Below the pieces are notes generated by a model. The model saw nothing but the letters and a program-made list of their open reading frames with translations. It searched no databases and had not been told where the DNA came from. The position numbers were made by a program, and so were the translations under genes. 64,000 nt of DNA from contig CAVUWV010000036.1 of assembly GCA_963745075.1 (NCBI GenBank), forward strand, positions 32,001 through 96,000, written 5' to 3'. Of this stretch, positions 59,396 through 64,000 are shown piece after piece. The stretch's first letter is position 1; each line of letters starts with the position of its first letter. The stretch is from Candidatus Hydrogenedentota bacterium (GTDB lineage: Bacteria; Hydrogenedentota; Hydrogenedentia; Hydrogenedentales; SLHB01).

Positions 59396-60385
59396 CTAAG
59401 CGCTCCGCGGCAGCCTCCGGTTTCTTGCGGCCTGGATTTGCCGGACAAGGTCACCGAAGGTACGGGTGCGCGAATTCTTCCAGCAGTTGGCTCTTTGCAC
59501 AAGCCGGCGGCAGAGGGACCACAGCAACCCCGCGAACGTCAACGCGAAAAAGAAAAACACCAAGAACATCCCTGTGGAAAGAATGTCCCGCAAAGTCTGA
59601 AGCCAAGTCCAAACACCGGAATCAGGGAACTGGAAACCGTAGAAAACGGAACCGGCGACCAGCCAGAGGGCGCACAGGAGGGCCGCAATCAGCCCTGACC
59701 ACAAGGCGGGTAGCGCCGTTCCCCGGACTTCCGGCCCGAGGAACCCTTCTCTGTCGAAGCGCTGGCGGACATAATGGTCCAGGGTCGTCACCCCGCGACG
59801 GGACAAGACATCGTGGAGCTTGATCGAAGGACGCACCGCTCTTCGCAACAGTCCCGGCGAAGACGATACGACGCTGTTCCGCAGGTCGAGGAATATTGCC
59901 AGACTGGGGCAAGGTCGATTCTCCGGGGCGCCAGGCCCGACCAAAGGCAGGGCCTGTTCGGTCCGTGTTCGCTCGAGCAGCGTATCGACAACTTCGCCAA
60001 ACGTTTTGTCAAGCAGGCCCAGAGCTCCTTCGTCCACATCCCACCCGAGAAGAGATTCTGTTGCCATGAGGATCGTGTTCAATTCGAAGTCATCTTCTCC
60101 GTTCGGCAAGGCGAATGTCACCAAGCCAAACGGGTCTTCAGGGATGAAGTGCGCGTTCGGCCACGGGATGGTGTTCGCGATGATCCTGCTGATGGCGGCG
60201 GCAAAGCGCTGCCGATCCCTGTCGGGACCCCACACGTCGGGCGGGATAGAGTCCCTTGCGTTAAGCTGGGCCACCAGGCTTTTGCCTTGCTTCACTCCGC
60301 ACCCGCCATTGAGGAATTCCCATAGCCAACTTTTCCGCTTCGGCTCTTCCGGCGGCAGATGAAGCGGTCTGTAACCTGGTGTCAC
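59396..60385 (-). CDS. Hypothetical membrane protein with ACP-like segments
   Basis: Probable GTG start 7 nt after the zinc-finger gene; two TM helices; TFGEVV / TFGDLV repeats. Confidence 0.55.
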   Translation of the reverse strand: MTPGYRPLHLPPEEPKRKSWLWEFLNGGCGVKQGKSLVAQLNARDSIPPDVWGPDRDRQRFAAAISRIIANTIPWPNAHFIPEDPFGLVTFALPNGEDDFELNTILMATESLLGWDVDEGALGLLDKTFGEVVDTLLERTRTEQALPLVGPGAPENRPCPSLAIFLDLRNSVVSSSPGLLRRAVRPSIKLHDVLSRRGVTTLDHYVRQRFDREGFLGPEVRGTALPALWSGLIAALLCALWLVAGSVFYGFQFPDSGVWTWLQTLRDILSTGMFLVFFFFALTFAGLLWSLCRRLVQRANCWKNSRTRTFGDLVRQIQAARNRRLPRSA

Positions 60386-60392
60386 GGCGCAC

Positions 60393-60605
60393 CTACCCCG
60401 CGGGTGCGAGCTTCTTTGCGCACCGGTCCACCGCGTGAAAAATCGCTTGCATCGCATCCACTTCCTTCTCTTCGAAGTAAGCTTCACCGCACTGCGTGCA
60501 AACCCACGCGGGGACCTCATCAAGACTGATGTGTACGCCTTTTCGATCCAAATGAAACGGGGACGTTCCACGGATCATATCCCCTTGGCAGTACATACAC
60601 TTCAT
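60393..60605 (-). CDS. YgiT-type zinc-finger protein (MqsA N-terminal-like)
   Basis: MKCMYC...VPAWVCTQCGEAYF. Confidence 0.88.
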   Translation of the reverse strand: MKCMYCQGDMIRGTSPFHLDRKGVHISLDEVPAWVCTQCGEAYFEEKEVDAMQAIFHAVDRCAKKLAPAG

Positions 60606-60919
60606 TTCTCAACCCTCGTCCGATAGTTGTTCGTCCATTGCTTCGCGTCTGGAACATACGAAGTAATAATCGCCAAGTAATCGTCTTTTGGCGAGCAAAC
60701 CACATGCAGCGGTCTTCCATCCTTTCCCTGCCCGAGCATCAAACAACTGCGACCGCGCACATCCTCTGGATAGTCCTCAACAATCTCTCCGCACTCGACA
60801 ACTCCGCGCACATCAGCGGTAGAAATCGTTCGTTCGGGCCGCGACATCTGGCGAATTGCGTGAGGCAAGAATAAGAGACGCTGGGCGGCACTCTTCTTGA
60901 CAGTTTCACGAAACTCCAA
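60602..60919 (-). CDS. DUF4258 domain protein (putative toxin)
   Basis: HAIRQM, GEIVEDYPED.RG.SCL, RPLHVVC, IITSY.PD..W; ATGA overlap with the zinc-finger gene. Confidence 0.85.
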   Translation of the reverse strand: MEFRETVKKSAAQRLLFLPHAIRQMSRPERTISTADVRGVVECGEIVEDYPEDVRGRSCLMLGQGKDGRPLHVVCSPKDDYLAIITSYVPDAKQWTNNYRTRVEK

Positions 60920-61065
60920 AGTGTCTCAACTCCCAGATTCCATCACTCCAACACAATCCCGTCGAGGTATACTCCTTTGGCCGCTGCAAAACCGGAAATC
61001 TACGCATATCACAAGGCAACCATCATAGCATGTTCGGGACGCCCAGAATGAAAAGCAGCGTTTGT

Positions 61066-62994
61066 TTACTCCTTCGGCCAGCTAAACCGCACCAGTTCCG
61101 CGCGGTGGCCGAAGTAGATGCCGTGGTCGTCCATGGCGAAACCGCAGCGGATTGCTTCCGGGTACTCCGCCAGGACGGTGACCTCGCAGTTTTTGGGGTC
61201 AAGCCGGAACACTTTCTTCGCGGACAGTCCGTACAGCATGCCGTCCTTCCACAGTCCGAGACTGCAATCCAACACGGAACCCACGCCCAGCTTTGACCGC
61301 TGCACGATGGCGCGCCGGTCGATGTCGTAGACGAACAGGTCGTCTTCGTTGGACACGCCGAAAATGCGGCGGTCCACCCGGCAGAGTGTGCGGATGGCCG
61401 GTGAACCGGGGTACGGCACTTCTTCCGACGCGACCCGTTGCATCTTCGTGTCGAAGACGAAGAACTTCGCTTCCGGTTCCAGCGGTTTCGTGCCGCCCCC
61501 GCCCTCGATGCTGGAGCCGCCAAAGATAAACTTGGTCTCCGGGTCGTATACCAGGCTGACGATGGATTGATTCTTGATGAGTGGATGATAGTTCTCGATA
61601 AGGCGGTCCTGTTCCGGATTCCAGACGCCGAGCGAGCCGCCGTACATGCCGTATTCCGGGTAGCTGCCGATGTAGATCATCTCATCGGGCCCGTAAATCA
61701 TGGCCCGCGGCCGCAAGTGCCCCGGACCGAGCGGGCCGAACCCGCGCGGATTGCTGTCCGCGTCGTGACCGTAGTTCCACGGCTTTGACGGGTCCCATTT
61801 CGACAGGAACGAACCCGGATAGGCGCAAACATAGAGCGTCCCGTGGTGGTCGAGCATGGAGTAGATTTCGCCGCCGACTTCCGTCGGATTGCCGGGGTTT
61901 TCCATCTCGCCCGTCGCGGGGTCGTACCAGAAGAGTTCGTTGGGCATGTAGGTACCGCCGTAAATGCGATTCAACGGTCCCGTGCTGACCATGAAGATGC
62001 CTGAACCCGCGCCCGCGTATTGGAACGTCTCGTGCGTCACGTTGCCGTCCGGACTCACCAGGTCGTAGGTGCCGTCCAGGGTCGGATTGTTCACGCGCCG
62101 CCCGTCTTTCAAGGTGAGATGGTTCACGGCCGTGGGCGGGTTCACCACTTCCTGGACGCTGAGATCGTCCTTCACACGAAGCGTCACGCTCTCGGGACGC
62201 GTGATTTCCCCGTTCTGCGGATCGCCGTTCAACACTTCCATTCGAATGGCCGAGATGTAGACTTTCCCGTCCACGCCGCGCCAGACCGTCGCTACGGTCT
62301 GCTTGGGATCGTTGCGGTACTCCTCGGGCAGGATGGACTGATGCTCGCCCGTCGCGGGGTCGTAAACGACCGCGTTTGCCTGACCGTAGCCGACGCCCAA
62401 GTAGATCTTGCCCTTGGGCCCCGTGCAGATGCTCCGGGTGTACATCTGGGTATCGTCCATCTTCCCCAAGTCGGCGAGCGCTCCGGTCGACGGGTTGTAC
62501 GAAACCAGTCTTGCCCCGGGATACGTGCAGGCGTAAATCGTACCGTCGTCCCCGAGAGTGAACATCCACAAATAGGTTTCCGATTCGGCCGGACGGCCCA
62601 CCACCTGAATCTGTTTATCCGGCTGTTTGGGATCGAACACGAGAATTTGACCGCTGTCTTCCGGATCGGGTCCTTCGTGCGTGCCCAGATAGATCTTATT
62701 GTCCGGTCCGACGATGAATCCCCACGCCCCGGTCCCCGCGGGCGACTGAAACTGCTGCGATTCACCGGTGTCGGGATCCACCGCCACGAGAAAGAGCTTG
62801 CCCCCGTCCTGGCGGAAGTTGAAGTAGATGCGTTCGGACCCCTGGGTGGGACCGGGTCCGACGATAGTCCCCATAAGCCCCGCCTTCGTGACCGGCGTTC
62901 CCAGCGATTCAAACGCGGACGTGTCCTGCGCTGCTGCCGTCATCACGGCCGTTCCCATAATGCAACCCAACAACACGCGAATCCATGCTGCCAT
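61066..62994 (-). CDS. Secreted beta-propeller repeat protein
   Basis: Signal peptide; repeated GPD.KIY.GT / YDP.TG blades. Confidence 0.75.
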   Translation of the reverse strand: MAAWIRVLLGCIMGTAVMTAAAQDTSAFESLGTPVTKAGLMGTIVGPGPTQGSERIYFNFRQDGGKLFLVAVDPDTGESQQFQSPAGTGAWGFIVGPDNKIYLGTHEGPDPEDSGQILVFDPKQPDKQIQVVGRPAESETYLWMFTLGDDGTIYACTYPGARLVSYNPSTGALADLGKMDDTQMYTRSICTGPKGKIYLGVGYGQANAVVYDPATGEHQSILPEEYRNDPKQTVATVWRGVDGKVYISAIRMEVLNGDPQNGEITRPESVTLRVKDDLSVQEVVNPPTAVNHLTLKDGRRVNNPTLDGTYDLVSPDGNVTHETFQYAGAGSGIFMVSTGPLNRIYGGTYMPNELFWYDPATGEMENPGNPTEVGGEIYSMLDHHGTLYVCAYPGSFLSKWDPSKPWNYGHDADSNPRGFGPLGPGHLRPRAMIYGPDEMIYIGSYPEYGMYGGSLGVWNPEQDRLIENYHPLIKNQSIVSLVYDPETKFIFGGSSIEGGGGTKPLEPEAKFFVFDTKMQRVASEEVPYPGSPAIRTLCRVDRRIFGVSNEDDLFVYDIDRRAIVQRSKLGVGSVLDCSLGLWKDGMLYGLSAKKVFRLDPKNCEVTVLAEYPEAIRCGFAMDDHGIYFGHRAELVRFSWPKE

Positions 62995-63062
62995 CGTTCT
63001 GTCTCCATCAGGTAATCCTCGAAAAGGTCCATCCTACTCCACAAACGTCGCTGAGGTCGAGA

Positions 63063-63168
63063 GGGGCACGGGCGTCTCGCCCGTGATAGGTGTTTGCATT
63101 TCATGAGGACGCAATTGGCCGCACCGTTGGTTGGCATCATCGATTCACGGGCGAGACGCCCGTGCCCC
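63063..63168. repeat. Perfect inverted REP doublet (ggggcacgggcgtctcgcccgtga)
   Basis: 63063-63086 is the exact reverse complement of 63145-63168; each is a hairpin. Confidence 0.85.
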
Positions 63169-63279
63169 AGAGGCCTCCTTCCGTTATCGCGTAGCGGTGA
63201 GACAACGCGAATCGAGCAACTGCTATCCGATGCTCGTATCCGGTACACTGGACGCGGGCTTTGTTGAGGGAGATTCGTC

Positions 63280-64000
63280 ATGAGCAGAAAGAAGACCGTC
63301 CTGGTGGTCGTGGCTCACGCAGACGACATGGAATTCCTCGCGGCGGGGACCGTCGCGCGCTTCGTCTCGGAATTCGGCTACAACGTCTACGAATACATAC
63401 TGACCGATAACGGCAAGGGGTCGTACCGCTTGCCGCCGAAGGAACTCGTCGCCGTGTCCGCCCGGGAAGCCATCGAAGCCGGTAAGATTCTCGAACTGAA
63501 AGACGTACGGCTCGAAGGCTATCCGGATGGCTGCCTCAACGAGACGCACCCCAACGTCCTCCGGGACAAAATCATGGCCTTCATTCGCGAGGTGAAAGCC
63601 GACATCGTCATGAGTTGGGATCCCTTCGCGCCCTACGAGGAGCACCCCGATCATCGGATGGTCGCCATGGCCACCCTCGAAGCCGCAAGCTTCAGCGGCA
63701 ATCCCCTGTTCCATCCCGAACATGCCCATCCGCCTTACGCGGTGACGGAGGCCTACTGGTTTGCCAAAAGCCCATGGAACGCGGAACTGTTTGTAGACAT
63801 CTCATCCACCATCGACAAGAAGATCGAAGCCTTGCTCACCCACGACTGCCAAATGGCGTTAACCATAGACATGCTGGTGCAAGAAGCGAAAACCCTGGGA
63901 GTCGAGGTGCCCGCGCTGGAAAATCTGGACGCCGAAGGTCACAAAAACGTCATCGCAGCCGGCATCCGATCCTATTGTGAAACCATCGGCCAAGAGGCAG
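63280..64000 (+). CDS. PIG-L family deacetylase, 3'-truncated by the window edge (absent from the ORF track)
   Basis: MSRKKTVLVVVAHADDMEF..GT, EHPDH, VDISSTIDKKIEAL..H. Confidence 0.88.
   Translation, partial: MSRKKTVLVVVAHADDMEFLAAGTVARFVSEFGYNVYEYILTDNGKGSYRLPPKELVAVSAREAIEAGKILELKDVRLEGYPDGCLNETHPNVLRDKIMAFIREVKADIVMSWDPFAPYEEHPDHRMVAMATLEAASFSGNPLFHPEHAHPPYAVTEAYWFAKSPWNAELFVDISSTIDKKIEALLTHDCQMALTIDMLVQEAKTLGVEVPALENLDAEGHKNVIAAGIRSYCETIGQEA

Noticed and set aside
1..64000. CRISPR array, tRNA/rRNA, prophage, reverse transcriptase or DGR
   Set aside because: No regularly spaced direct repeats, cloverleafs, phage genes or RT motifs were seen by eye

Overview
This is a GC-rich bacterial chromosomal window, mostly housekeeping and carbohydrate-utilisation genes. 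Its style suggests a lineage such as Hydrogenedentota, but taxonomy cannot be established from this window. Main contents: a REP-associated tyrosine transposase (RAYT) flanked by its REPs, waaF, two parvulin PPIases, a type IV pilus cluster (pilB-pilT-pilS-pilR) plus a separate pilT/pilU paralog, an SSS transporter operon, secreted glycan-active enzymes (GH127, GH98-like, heparinase II/III-type lyase, GH99/WbsX-like), a histidine phosphatase/acyl-CoA dehydrogenase/phosphotransferase operon, an internally deleted IS, sucA-sucB-lspA-lpdA and a DUF4258/YgiT-zinc-finger pair. Two observations stand out. (1) The first gene of the pilus operon (20629-22935) fuses a canonical MshEN c-di-GMP-binding/T2SSE-N module, through a long linker, to a DnaA-type AAA+ domain that lacks the DnaA DNA-binding domain IV. 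It is a candidate link between c-di-GMP/pilus signalling and DnaA/Hda-type ATPase function. (2) An ORF-less ~200-nt highly structured transcription unit (about 5917-6114) follows a near-consensus sigma70 promoter whose spacer is an NrdR-box-like motif. It is a candidate novel ncRNA; 6S RNA must be excluded. Six +1 frameshifts in three genes look like assembly errors. No tRNA, rRNA or CRISPR array was seen. All family assignments are from motif recognition by eye, not database searches.
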